Assembly: GCA_031416315.1 (NCBI GenBank)
Contig: JANOTL010000138.1
Location: forward strand, 98,131 to 162,130
Reading direction: 5' to 3'
Source: Pseudomonadota bacterium
Lineage (GTDB): Bacteria > Bdellovibrionota_B > Oligoflexia > Oligoflexales > CAIYRB01
DNA: 64,000 bases
The number at the start of each line of letters is the position of its first letter. Position 1 is the stretch's first letter. Both the position numbers and the translations under genes were made by a program. The notes beneath the pieces are model-generated. The model was given only the letters and a program-made list of their open reading frames with translations, did no database searches and was not told where the DNA came from. This document shows, one piece after another, positions 1-9,225 of the stretch.

Positions 1-311
1 ACGTAATCGCCCGCTTCCGGCATGCCGTTCGGCGCGAGGAAAAGGTTCTCTTCGACCTGGATGCTGTGCCGGCGCGCGGTCATCGACAGCTCGTCCAAAC
101 GCTCGCCGGGCAGGATCGAGCCGCCCCACATGACGAGGAGCTCACCCGCTTCGATCGTCTGCGACGCGAACACGCCGTAGCCGCCCTTTTCGGGCCGCAC
201 GCGGGCCTCGAGCGCAGGCGAGACGTAGTGAGTGGAGGTGGCAAGGGCTTCGTTCGGAAGGATTTTAGCCTTTCGACGCGAGAGCCTCGAGACATCGGAA
301 ACTGCTGCCAT
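1..311 (-). CDS. SET-domain protein, N-terminal part (gene continues beyond window start)
   Basis: Minus-strand ORF starting at ATG 309-311, immediately after the stop of the upstream gene. It is not in the ORF track because it has no stop inside the window. Translation MAAVSDVSRLSRRKAKILPNEALATSTHYVSPALEARVRPEKGGYGVFASQTIEAGELLVMWGGSILPGERLDEL shows a GxGxFA...I..GE SET-like core. Confidence 0.4.
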   Translation of the reverse strand, partial: MAAVSDVSRLSRRKAKILPNEALATSTHYVSPALEARVRPEKGGYGVFASQTIEAGELLVMWGGSILPGERLDELSMTARRHSIQVEENLFLAPNGMPEAGDY

Positions 312-313
312 CG

Positions 314-1381
314 TCACCCTTTCTTCTGCCGCGGGTCGCTAGCCGCGGACACCGTCACACCCGAAGGAAGCTGGAGCAAGACGCAGTGAAAGCCGCCGCC
401 GTTATACAGCAGGCCGTCGGCGAGTACGAAGACTGTTTCATAACCGTGGCGCGCGTAAATTTCGCGAACCGCCCGCTCGTACCCGGGCTCGAGCGCGGCG
501 TCCGGATAATCGTCGTGGCCCCAGCCCCAACGCTCGAAGCGCGGCGTGATCGCCGTCTGGTTCACGAGGAGCGAGTTGGCGAAAGTGCGAAAGACGCCGC
601 GGTACGGCAAAGGCATCGGCAGCCGCTCGACCTTCAAGCTTTTCGCCAGCTCCCGCGCGCCGGCGTCCAGGCGGTCGCGCGTGCGCTCGAGCTCCTCCGC
701 CATCCGACCGTCTGGGCCCGCCGCGGTCTTGAGGGTCTCTGGCCCGAGCTGGTTGACGAGGACGGTGTCCTTCCCTACGACCTTGATCCACATGTCGACG
801 TGCGCATGCGGCGGATTGCGGAGGGTGATCGTCTCGCGGCAGCCCAGTGCGGCGCGCGTCGTGGGCGAGAGCTCGGGGGTCGCCGGCCCGACGCTGGTGA
901 TGCAGACGTCGCCGGCGACGAGGAGGTTGCCGCCGTCGAGCGCGGCCGGGAGCGCCGCGGCTTGGATGCCGACCGCCTTGCCGAGCGCCGTCGGAAAGCC
1001 GTCGTTGTCGGCGCCGGTGTCGTCGTATTTCGCGTCGAGGAAGCGCGGCGCCGCCGACTGTGCGTCGCGGACCAGGATCGGACCGTAGTCGCGTAGCCAG
1101 ATGTTGCCGTGCGGGACGGTGAGGAAGCGGAGGGCGAGGTCGGCCTTGCCGGCCTCGGCAAAAAGCGCCTTCCGGGCGGCGGCGTCGCGCGGCTCCGAAG
1201 TGACGATGATGACTTCCGCACCGGCGGCGGTGACGGCGGCGACCAGCTCGGGCGCGTGGTATCCGGCGGCAAAAAGCTCTTCGGGGAAGAGAACCGAGCG
1301 TGTGGGCTCGTATTCAGCGATGGGACTGACGGAACCGGCGGCTGCTGCGGAGGCGGCTGCGGCTACGAGGGCGACAAGCAC
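314..1381 (-). CDS. Agmatine deiminase / Porphyromonas-type peptidyl-arginine deiminase family protein, secreted
   Basis: N-terminal signal peptide MLVALVAAAASAAAAG. Family motifs WLRDYGP near the N-terminus and GGGFHCVLLQLP (GGGxxHC) near the C-terminus. Confidence 0.75.
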   Translation of the reverse strand: MLVALVAAAASAAAAGSVSPIAEYEPTRSVLFPEELFAAGYHAPELVAAVTAAGAEVIIVTSEPRDAAARKALFAEAGKADLALRFLTVPHGNIWLRDYGPILVRDAQSAAPRFLDAKYDDTGADNDGFPTALGKAVGIQAAALPAALDGGNLLVAGDVCITSVGPATPELSPTTRAALGCRETITLRNPPHAHVDMWIKVVGKDTVLVNQLGPETLKTAAGPDGRMAEELERTRDRLDAGARELAKSLKVERLPMPLPYRGVFRTFANSLLVNQTAITPRFERWGWGHDDYPDAALEPGYERAVREIYARHGYETVFVLADGLLYNGGGFHCVLLQLPSGVTVSAASDPRQKKG

Positions 1382-1620
1382 GCGCTACCACTCCTCGCTG
1401 TTGGAGAGGCCGCGCGCGCTTGGCGCCGTGCTTCGATGCGGGAAAGGGTCTTCCGACATGGAGTCCAACAGTGAGACAGGCCGAGTCCGGCCGAGATGCG
1501 TGTGCAAGCTCAATATTCAGTAAAGGACCATTCATATGCGTAGTCAAGTTTATTGTGGGCGAGATACGATGGCAGCTTCGGGCGAAAAGTTTTGCGCTTT
1601 CGGGCGCTCAGGAGATTGAA

Positions 1621-2124
1621 GTGTCGTTGCGTCGTTTTTTCTCCGCAGTCACCGTTACGGCCCTTGCGCTGACGCTCGTAGCGGCTCGTTGCACGAGCGA
1701 CGACGAGGAAGAGATGCGCCTCTACCCGACGCCGGCCGACAGCCGCGTGCCCGCGGATCCGTCGGCGCAGAGGGGCGAAGACACGGACGCCGAGGCCGAG
1801 CTCTTGAAGCCCGACACCGTGCGCGCGCCGACGACCGGCGATGGCGAGACGGTCCCCGACATCGGCGGCGAGGTCGCGCCGAAATCGCCGCAGGACGCGA
1901 AGGGGCCCGAGGACGATCTCTTCTCCGACCCGCTCGAAGGCGCGAACGCCGGCACGCCGGACGGCGCGACGAGCAACGTGCCGATGCTCGACGACTCCAC
2001 GATCCAGGAAGACGCCTCCACGTTCGAGGACTCCGGCGCGGGCGGCGGCGGCGAAGCCTTGGACGGCGCGCCTTCCAGCGACGACCCGGCCGACGCCGAG
2101 CCGATGCCGGATTTGACGGAATAA
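1621..2124 (+). CDS. Acidic low-complexity lipoprotein, hypothetical
   Basis: GTG start with AGGAG 10 nt upstream. Signal peptide plus lipobox (LVAARC). D/E/P/A-rich remainder. The start is trimmed from the longer ORF 1420..2124. Confidence 0.45.
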   Translation: MSLRRFFSAVTVTALALTLVAARCTSDDEEEMRLYPTPADSRVPADPSAQRGEDTDAEAELLKPDTVRAPTTGDGETVPDIGGEVAPKSPQDAKGPEDDLFSDPLEGANAGTPDGATSNVPMLDDSTIQEDASTFEDSGAGGGGEALDGAPSSDDPADAEPMPDLTE

Positions 2125-2336
2125 AGTATTTCCCGTATTTTTCAGTGCGGTTCACGGTCTCCAACCCTCACCAGGAGGTGCCACATGACTGAGCTCTTCT
2201 CGTGCGGGGATGCCTGGACGGCCCTGGCCTAAGCTCGCTCGAGCCACGTCACGCTTCCCAGCTCCCTGCCAAATCCAATCCCATCTGGTTGATTCGATTT
2301 CGCAATGTTTCGCCTCCGGGCGAAGGAGCTTTCGAC

Positions 2337-3386
2337 ATGCATCTTTTCGACTTGGGCCTCGACGCCCATTTCGCGGGACTCGTCACGCCATCGGAGCAAG
2401 AGTCGCTCGGTCGCGTCGTCGAGACCCAAAAGGGCGGCGCCCTCGTGCAAACGACGGCGGGCACCGTCTGGGCGAAGCCGCGCGGGCGGCTCGTACACAT
2501 GGTCGGCGAAGCCGAGGCGCAGCCAGCGGTCGGCGACTGGGTCGTCCTCCACGGCGGCGCGCAGATTGAACGCATTTTGCCGCGGCGGACGCTCCTGGCG
2601 CGGCAGCAAGTCGGCGAAGGCGGCGCGGAGGCGCAGCTGATCGCGGCGAACGTCGACGTCGTCTTCCTCGTCATGGCCTTGGCGGAAGACTTCAACGTCC
2701 GCCGGCTCGAGCGCTACTTGGCGACGGTCTGGGCCGGCGGCGCGATGCCGGCGGTCGTCCTGACCAAGGCGGACCTCTGTGCGGATCCCGCGCGCTACTT
2801 GGCGCAGGTGCGCGCGGCCGCGCCCGGCGTCCCGGTCGTCGTCGTCAGCTCGGTCACCGGCGAAGGCTTGGCCGAGGTCGAGCGCCTCGCCGAGACCGGC
2901 AAGACCGTCTGCGCCGTCGGCTCCTCCGGCGTCGGCAAGTCGACGCTCGTAAACCGGCTGATGGGCGTCGACGTGCTCGCGACGCAAGGCGTGCGCGAGA
3001 GTGACGGCAAGGGCCGCCACACGACGACCTCGCGCCATCTGTTCACGCTGCCCGGCGGCGCGTTGATGATCGACACGCCAGGCATGCGCGAGCTGATGCC
3101 GTGGGACGCCGAGTCCGGCGTCACGCGAATCTTCGGCGACGTCGAGGACTTTGCCGCACAGTGCCGCTTCAGCGACTGCCGGCACGAGACGGAGCCAGGC
3201 TGCGCGGTACAGGCCGCGCTCGAAGGCGGAGCTTTGACGAAAGATCGCTTCGCCGCCTGGGAGAAGCTCCTGCGTGAGCAGGCGTTCCAGGAGCGGCGCC
3301 GTGACGTTAAGGCCCAGGTCGTGGAGCGTGAAAAATGGAAAAAGATTCACAAGGAGATGCGGCGCAAGCCGCGCGTGAAGACCTAA
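2337..3386 (+). CDS. rsgA: Ribosome small-subunit-dependent GTPase A
   Basis: ATG at 2337 with GAAGGAG RBS. GTPase motifs AVGSSGVGKSTLVN and DTPG. C-terminal zinc-finger CRFSDCRHETEPGCAV is typical of RsgA/YjeQ. Confidence 0.9.
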   Translation: MHLFDLGLDAHFAGLVTPSEQESLGRVVETQKGGALVQTTAGTVWAKPRGRLVHMVGEAEAQPAVGDWVVLHGGAQIERILPRRTLLARQQVGEGGAEAQLIAANVDVVFLVMALAEDFNVRRLERYLATVWAGGAMPAVVLTKADLCADPARYLAQVRAAAPGVPVVVVSSVTGEGLAEVERLAETGKTVCAVGSSGVGKSTLVNRLMGVDVLATQGVRESDGKGRHTTTSRHLFTLPGGALMIDTPGMRELMPWDAESGVTRIFGDVEDFAAQCRFSDCRHETEPGCAVQAALEGGALTKDRFAAWEKLLREQAFQERRRDVKAQVVEREKWKKIHKEMRRKPRVKT

Positions 3387-3513
3387 ATGCCTGATTAAAA
3401 TTAACTATTTGCGCCAGACCGGCCTCAACAAGGCTGGTCTGGTGGCCCATTTCAATCTAATATATGGGCCTGCCGTCCATTCCCGGACCCCGACTCACCG
3501 AATCAAGAGAATT

Positions 3514-5385
3514 ATGTCCAGCAATCTCCGCAACATTTGCATCATTGCCCACGTCGACCACGGCAAGACGACGCTCGTCGACTTCCTCTTGAAGCAAGCC
3601 GGGACCTTTCAAGCGCACGAAACCACGGCCGACCGCATGATGGACTCGGACTCCCAGGAGCGTGAGCGCGGCATCACGATCTCTGCGAAGAACGCCTCGT
3701 TCATGCTCGGCAACGTCAAGGTGAACGTCGTCGACACGCCGGGTCACGCCGACTTCGGCGGCGAGGTCGAGCGCATCATGGACATGGTCGACGGCGCCAT
3801 ATTGCTCGTCGACGCGGTCGAAGGGCCGCTCCCCCAGACCCGCTTCGTCCTCCAGAAGGCGATCGACAAAGGTCTGAAGATCGTACTCTGCATCAACAAG
3901 GTCGACCGCCCGGAAGCCGTCGGCAGCAATATGGTCTCCGAGTGCGTTGACAAGGCCTTCGACCTCTTCGTCGAGCTCGGCGCCTCCAACGAGCAGTGCG
4001 ACTTTCCGATCATCTACGCGTGCGCCCGCCACGGCTGGTGCACGGCGGACATCGACGCGATCCCGACCTATCTGGCCGGCGGGGGCGAGCGCAATCTCAA
4101 GGCGCTCTTCGCCACGATCCTCGCGATCCCGTCGCCGACGGCCAACGTCAACGCTGAGATGCAGCTCCTCGTCTCGAACATCGCGTATTCCGACTATCTC
4201 GGGAACCTCGCCTTGGGCCGGATCGCCGCCGGCAAGGTCCGCAAGGGCCAGGAGCTCCTACGCCACGGCGTGACCGAGACCGGCGCGCCCTCCGTGCAGA
4301 AGTTCTACGTCGCTCGCCTCCTTTCCTATGAAGGCATGAAGCAGGTCGAGGTCGAAGAGATCGGCGCGGGCGACATCGGCCTGATTGCCGGCTCTGACCA
4401 GCTGGAGATCGGCGACACCTTGAGCGGCCCGGCCGGCGTCGCGCTGAAGCGCATCAAGGTCGAAGAGCCGACCATGCGCATGATCTTCTCCATCAACACG
4501 ACGCCGAACTCCGGCCGCGAAGGCAAGGCGATCCAGTCGCGCGAGCTACGTCAGCGCCTGTACAACGAAACGCGCGCAAACGTCGCCCTGCGCCTCGAGG
4601 ACACCGAGCAGCCCGACCAGTTCTACCTCCTCGGCCGGGGCGAGCTCCAGTTCGGCATCCTGATCGAGAAGATGCGCCGCGAAGGCTTCGAGTTCATGGT
4701 CGGCCGCCCGAACGTGCTCTTGAAGAAGGAGGACGGCGTCCTGTTGGAGCCCGTCGAGCGCATGACCCTCGACCTTCCGGAGGCCTTCGCCGGCGAGGTC
4801 ACGCGCATGTACCAGCAGCGCAAGGGCACGCTTCTTTCGTATGAGGCGGCCTCCGCCGCCAGCACGGAAGAGGCTCGCGTCCGCCTCGTGATGGAGATCC
4901 CCACGCGCGGCATGCTCGGCACCAACTCCATGTACAAGACGGCGACGCGCGGCTCCGGCCTCATCAGCTCCGAGTCTGCCGGCTACAAGCCGCACTCCGG
5001 CCTGATCCAGCACCGTCTCACCGGCAGCTTGATCGCCGACCGCTCGGGCAAGACGACCGAATACGCGCTGGCCTCGGTGCAGGAGCGCGGCGTCTTGATG
5101 ATCGGCGAGGGCGTCGAGGTCTACGAGGGCATGATCATCGGCGAATGCGCGAAGGACAACGACCTCGTCGTCAACGCCATCCGCCCGAAGAAGCTCACCA
5201 ACATGCGCACGACCGGCTCGGACGGCATCACCAACCTCTACGGCGTCAAGCAGATGAGCCTGGAGAAGTGCATCGAGTGGATCGACGACGACGAGTGGAT
5301 CGAGGTCACGCCGAAATCGGTCCGCCTGCGCAAGAAGATCCTCGGGGCGCAGCAGCGCGGCTTGCGGAAGACCGAAAGAGACTAG
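3514..5385 (+). CDS. typA: Translational GTPase TypA/BipA
   Basis: [31 protein letters not shown] and NKVDRP G-motifs. Length ~623 aa and full-length collinearity with the EF-G-like fold. The start is trimmed to MSSNLRN. Confidence 0.95.
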   Translation: MSSNLRNICIIAHVDHGKTTLVDFLLKQAGTFQAHETTADRMMDSDSQERERGITISAKNASFMLGNVKVNVVDTPGHADFGGEVERIMDMVDGAILLVDAVEGPLPQTRFVLQKAIDKGLKIVLCINKVDRPEAVGSNMVSECVDKAFDLFVELGASNEQCDFPIIYACARHGWCTADIDAIPTYLAGGGERNLKALFATILAIPSPTANVNAEMQLLVSNIAYSDYLGNLALGRIAAGKVRKGQELLRHGVTETGAPSVQKFYVARLLSYEGMKQVEVEEIGAGDIGLIAGSDQLEIGDTLSGPAGVALKRIKVEEPTMRMIFSINTTPNSGREGKAIQSRELRQRLYNETRANVALRLEDTEQPDQFYLLGRGELQFGILIEKMRREGFEFMVGRPNVLLKKEDGVLLEPVERMTLDLPEAFAGEVTRMYQQRKGTLLSYEAASAASTEEARVRLVMEIPTRGMLGTNSMYKTATRGSGLISSESAGYKPHSGLIQHRLTGSLIADRSGKTTEYALASVQERGVLMIGEGVEVYEGMIIGECAKDNDLVVNAIRPKKLTNMRTTGSDGITNLYGVKQMSLEKCIEWIDDDEWIEVTPKSVRLRKKILGAQQRGLRKTERD

Positions 5386-5531
5386 CCCGATTCTCGAGCG
5401 GCGCGTCGGACAGCCGTCGCTGATGGCCGACAACGTCCACATCGACAAGGTCGCCGACAGCTACCGGCTTTTCCACGGCAAATACAAGCGCCGCCACGGA
5501 CTCTTCGAGTACCTGGCTCTCAAGCTGTGGA

Positions 5532-6701
5532 TCAGACTGCGGCGCTGACAGCGAGCGACTTCTCGCGGTCCTGCGCCCAGCTCTTTTCCCAGCCGTTGAA
5601 GACGAGGATCGCCGGATAGAGCGACACCGTCATCAGGACGAACAGCGGCAGGGCCAAGGCGAGAGGCAGCGTCTGCGGCACGAGCAGGGCGCAGGCATAA
5701 ATCGCCAGGATGTGGAAGACGAAGGCCGGCAGCGACTGCTTGCCGATCGTCGCGAGCGGCCGGAACCCGAGCGGCCGGCGCAGGTGGGGCCAGACGCCGC
5801 GGATCGCCATGCCGAGCGCGATGAAGTTGAGGAGCCGAAGCGGGGCCAAAGCCCGCACGGAGAGGTAGGGCTCAAGGCGCAGGGGCGGCAGCGGCAGCTC
5901 GGCGTGCCGCTGCACGAAGAGAAAGACCAGAAGGAGCGCGAAGGGCGCGGTCGTCTTCCAGGTCGGACGCGCCAGGAAAGCGGGCAAGCCGCCGACCCGG
6001 CTCAGGTTGCCGAGGACGAAACCCGAGACGAAGACGAGTTGCCAGGCGGCGAGCTCGAACCAGCCGAAAGACACGTAGCGGCTCGGGAAAACACGCATCA
6101 GCGCGTCGGCGACCTTGGCGGACGGGAAGAACTGCCCGGCGACCCAAAGCGCGCCGGAGACCGCCAGCGGCAGCCACAAAACGCGGCGTTTTTGGGCCAG
6201 AATCAACAAAGGAATGGTCGCCAGGAAAATCATATAGGCAGGTAGGATGTCGAGCAGCCACGGCTCGTTGACGCCGACGGCCAGCTCGAGGAGCGACAGA
6301 CCGCGGATCGCGCCGTATTCCTTGAGGACGGCGCTCGTCCACTCGGGCTGGGCGGCAAACGACCAGGCGACGGGCGCGATGACCGCGGCCAGCACGAGGT
6401 TGACCAGGAAGAGCCTGCGGATGCGACGGGCGACGGCGAGGCCGACCTCGCGCAGCGGTTTTCGGTCCGCCAAACGGCCATAAGCCATGGCGCTCACGAG
6501 GCCCGACAGGAAAAAGAAGCCTTCGGCGGCGCTGACGAAGCCGAACGGCTGGTAGAGGTGCTCGAGGGCCGGCTTGAGCATCTGCAGCGGCCAGAGGACC
6601 AGGTGGTTGGCCATCATGATCAATAGAAGAAGTCCGCGCAGGGCATCGATCTCGACGCACCGTGTCGATGGTTTGGTGGCGGCCGGGGTGGCGGTCTGCA
6701 T
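5532..6701 (-). CDS. Acyltransferase-3 / OpgC-like integral membrane protein
   Basis: About 10 predicted TM helices. N-terminal IDALRGLLLLIMM motif is characteristic of acyltransferase_3 / OpgC / DUF1624-type membrane acyltransferases. Confidence 0.55.
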   Translation of the reverse strand: MQTATPAATKPSTRCVEIDALRGLLLLIMMANHLVLWPLQMLKPALEHLYQPFGFVSAAEGFFFLSGLVSAMAYGRLADRKPLREVGLAVARRIRRLFLVNLVLAAVIAPVAWSFAAQPEWTSAVLKEYGAIRGLSLLELAVGVNEPWLLDILPAYMIFLATIPLLILAQKRRVLWLPLAVSGALWVAGQFFPSAKVADALMRVFPSRYVSFGWFELAAWQLVFVSGFVLGNLSRVGGLPAFLARPTWKTTAPFALLLVFLFVQRHAELPLPPLRLEPYLSVRALAPLRLLNFIALGMAIRGVWPHLRRPLGFRPLATIGKQSLPAFVFHILAIYACALLVPQTLPLALALPLFVLMTVSLYPAILVFNGWEKSWAQDREKSLAVSAAV

Positions 6702-6858
6702 GCGGATCCTCGTGAAAAGGCTCCGCTGCTTACACCCTGTAAGCCTTGTGGCTCAACGGCTTCCAGGATTCCCCTGCCCCGCCGCGGATTTAACGACCAC
6801 GATCGATCGCGCCAGGGGAGGTAGCGGACGCTCACGCCTAACTCTGTATTGCTAGTCC

Positions 6859-9225
6859 TCAATAATCTCGGCGGTTGTACAGCGGCGCGTTCTTACTCAC
6901 CTCGAAATCCCCCGAGATCAGGTCCTTCCCGTTCGCGTGCAGACGCACCTTCCACTTCCCCTCTTCCATCGGGCCGGGGGATTTGTGGAAGACGTGCGCC
7001 GACGTCCAGTCCTTGTCGAACTTGAACGTGATCTCGCGCTTTTTGCCGGCGGGTGAGGTCCATTCGTAGAAGACCGTGGTGTCGTCCGGGAAAGCGACGC
7101 CGAAGGTCCACGCGACCATGTCCTCTTCCGGGTTGACCGTCTTGATCTCGTGGAAGTCCTTCTTCTTCCCGCCCTTGAGCGAGCCGAAGGCCAGCTTCTT
7201 CGGCCCGGGCGTCGAAAGGTCGTCGATCGCGAGCGCCACGCCGGCGGTCTTGCGGAAGCCCCGCAGCCGGTCGCCGTAGTCCTTGTTGATCTTCAGGTAC
7301 CACTGCTTCACCAGCGCCTGGTACTCGGTGATCTTCTCCAGGTTCTTGTCGGCCAGGTTTACGAGCTCGTGCGGGTCGTTCTCGAGGTCGAAGAGCTCGG
7401 GCTCGAACGGGGCGACCTTCTTGGCGATGAACTTCCACTTCCCGTCGCGGAGGCCCCAGCGCTCGGGCTGCGCGTTCTTGTGGAAGTAAGCGATGCGTTC
7501 TTTGTAATTGGGGTCAAAGAGATCCTGGCCCAAGAAGTCGCGCTTCGCCGGGGCCACGGTGTTGACCATGGTCGGCGCGATGTCGCCGACCGCGCCGAGG
7601 ATCGGCACCGTCGTCGGGCCGTCCTTCTTGCGCGGGTCGATGACGAGGAGGAAGTTCCGGATGTTCTCGTCGTAGATGTAGTTCTTGTGCGTCATGTTCG
7701 TCGGGTGCCACTCGCCGAAGGCTTCGCCGTGGTCGCCGCAGATGAAGATGATCGTGTTGTCGAGCTGGCCCTTCGCCTTCAGCTGGTCGACGAGCTGCTT
7801 GATCACGGAGTCCGTGAAGTTCAGCGCGTTGGTGTAGCGCGCTTTCCGATCGACCGGACCATCGCCGGTGCCGGCGGGGACGAGCGCAGGGTAGTCCTTC
7901 GGGATCGAATACGGATGGTGCGTGCCGTTGGTCATGTACTCGAGGAGGAAGGGGCCAGACTGCTTGCTGGCCCACTCGATCGCCTTGTCCATGACCCGGC
8001 GCTCGTCGACACCCCACGAGTTCAGCTTGTTCGACTTGCGGAAGTCGTCGGTGCCGTCCTCCGGCGTGAAGCTCTCGTCCCAAGGCAGGTTCTCGTAGAC
8101 GATGCCGAGGTTCTCGGTGTCCATGAACTGCGCCGAGAAGAGGCCCGTCTTGTAACCGGCCTTGCTGAGCTCGCCGGGGATCGTCGGGCCCATGAAGGAC
8201 TGCTTGTACTCTTCGTAGACCGAGCCCCAGGTGATCGTGTAGCCACCGGTCAGGATCGGCACGTGCGAGCGCACGGTGCCCGGAAAGTTGTCGTAGATGT
8301 GCGTGAAAATCGTCTGGTTCTGGCTCAAAGAGGCGAGAAAGGGCGTCGTCTTCGGGTCCAGCTTGCCGTCCGGCAAGATCTGCTTCGAGCCGACCGACTC
8401 GAGGACGAAGAACACGATGTTCGGCTTTTTCGGGTCGGTGCTCCAGCGCTTCGGCGTGTCGCGCCAGCCGGCCGGGAAGCCGTTGACGTTCGAGGGCAGG
8501 CCGAACTTCAGCGGATAAGGATCGTAATTGAGCGTCGCTGCTTGCGCCATGTTCGCTTGCGGCGCCGCGCGGAAGAGGCTAGCGGTCACGGAGATCAAAG
8601 GATGCGCGCTGATGTTGTAGAGGTCGCCACGCCCGATCAGCATGCCGCAGCAGATGATCGAATAGACCGCCGTATAGACGTAAGGAACGCGGCCGTTCTT
8701 GAAGTAGAACTTCGGCCAGGGCTCGCCCTTCTCCTGCCGGCGCAGGATCTGCGCGCCGACCAGGCAGGCAAGCCAAAGCGCGACGATCGCGTTCGCCGAG
8801 AAGGCGACGCCGAACTCGCCAACGATCGAGTCCTTCAGGGTCTCGAGGCTCGTCTCGGCGCCTTCGATGAAGCCGACCTGATAGTGGTCGAAGAAGATCG
8901 TGTAGAAGATGTTGTTGAAGAGCATGTAGGTGAGGACGAAGACGTAGACCGAGACCGCGAAGACGCGGCCGAAAACGGTCTTCGATGCGGCCACGAAGAG
9001 CGCGGTGACGAGCCCCGAGACGATCAGGTTCTGCACCTGGCTGAGCAAAATGCGCGAGAGGTCCGAGAACATCGGGTAGAACGCGGTGCGATGCCGCGCG
9101 AAGTAGATGCCGTAGTTTTCGTACTGCAGCGCGAGGTAGAAGAGGAACGTCGTGACGAAGACCAGCGTACCCGTGCGCCAGATGTTGGCTGGAGCACGGG
9201 GCGATTTGATTTTCTCGGACATCAT
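6859..9225 (-). CDS. LtaS/sulfatase (alkaline-phosphatase superfamily) membrane enzyme with C-terminal extension
   Basis: Five N-terminal TM helices. Extracytoplasmic sulfatase-like domain with NIVFFVLESVGSK and ICGDHGEAFGEWHP metal-site motifs. ~200-aa C-terminal extension. Stop overlaps the start region of the upstream rSAM gene (9222-9225). Confidence 0.8.
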   Translation of the reverse strand: MMSEKIKSPRAPANIWRTGTLVFVTTFLFYLALQYENYGIYFARHRTAFYPMFSDLSRILLSQVQNLIVSGLVTALFVAASKTVFGRVFAVSVYVFVLTYMLFNNIFYTIFFDHYQVGFIEGAETSLETLKDSIVGEFGVAFSANAIVALWLACLVGAQILRRQEKGEPWPKFYFKNGRVPYVYTAVYSIICCGMLIGRGDLYNISAHPLISVTASLFRAAPQANMAQAATLNYDPYPLKFGLPSNVNGFPAGWRDTPKRWSTDPKKPNIVFFVLESVGSKQILPDGKLDPKTTPFLASLSQNQTIFTHIYDNFPGTVRSHVPILTGGYTITWGSVYEEYKQSFMGPTIPGELSKAGYKTGLFSAQFMDTENLGIVYENLPWDESFTPEDGTDDFRKSNKLNSWGVDERRVMDKAIEWASKQSGPFLLEYMTNGTHHPYSIPKDYPALVPAGTGDGPVDRKARYTNALNFTDSVIKQLVDQLKAKGQLDNTIIFICGDHGEAFGEWHPTNMTHKNYIYDENIRNFLLVIDPRKKDGPTTVPILGAVGDIAPTMVNTVAPAKRDFLGQDLFDPNYKERIAYFHKNAQPERWGLRDGKWKFIAKKVAPFEPELFDLENDPHELVNLADKNLEKITEYQALVKQWYLKINKDYGDRLRGFRKTAGVALAIDDLSTPGPKKLAFGSLKGGKKKDFHEIKTVNPEEDMVAWTFGVAFPDDTTVFYEWTSPAGKKREITFKFDKDWTSAHVFHKSPGPMEEGKWKVRLHANGKDLISGDFEVSKNAPLYNRRDY

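Noticed and set aside
3411-3442. Imperfect hairpin GCCAGACCGGCC...GGCTGGTCTGG between rsgA and typA
   Set aside because: One mismatch and no clear U-tract. It could be a weak terminator or typA leader structure but the evidence is thin, so it is not listed as a feature.
4546-5448. 300-aa minus-strand ORF inside typA
   Set aside because: Antisense to a highly conserved GTPase gene. Low-complexity translation.
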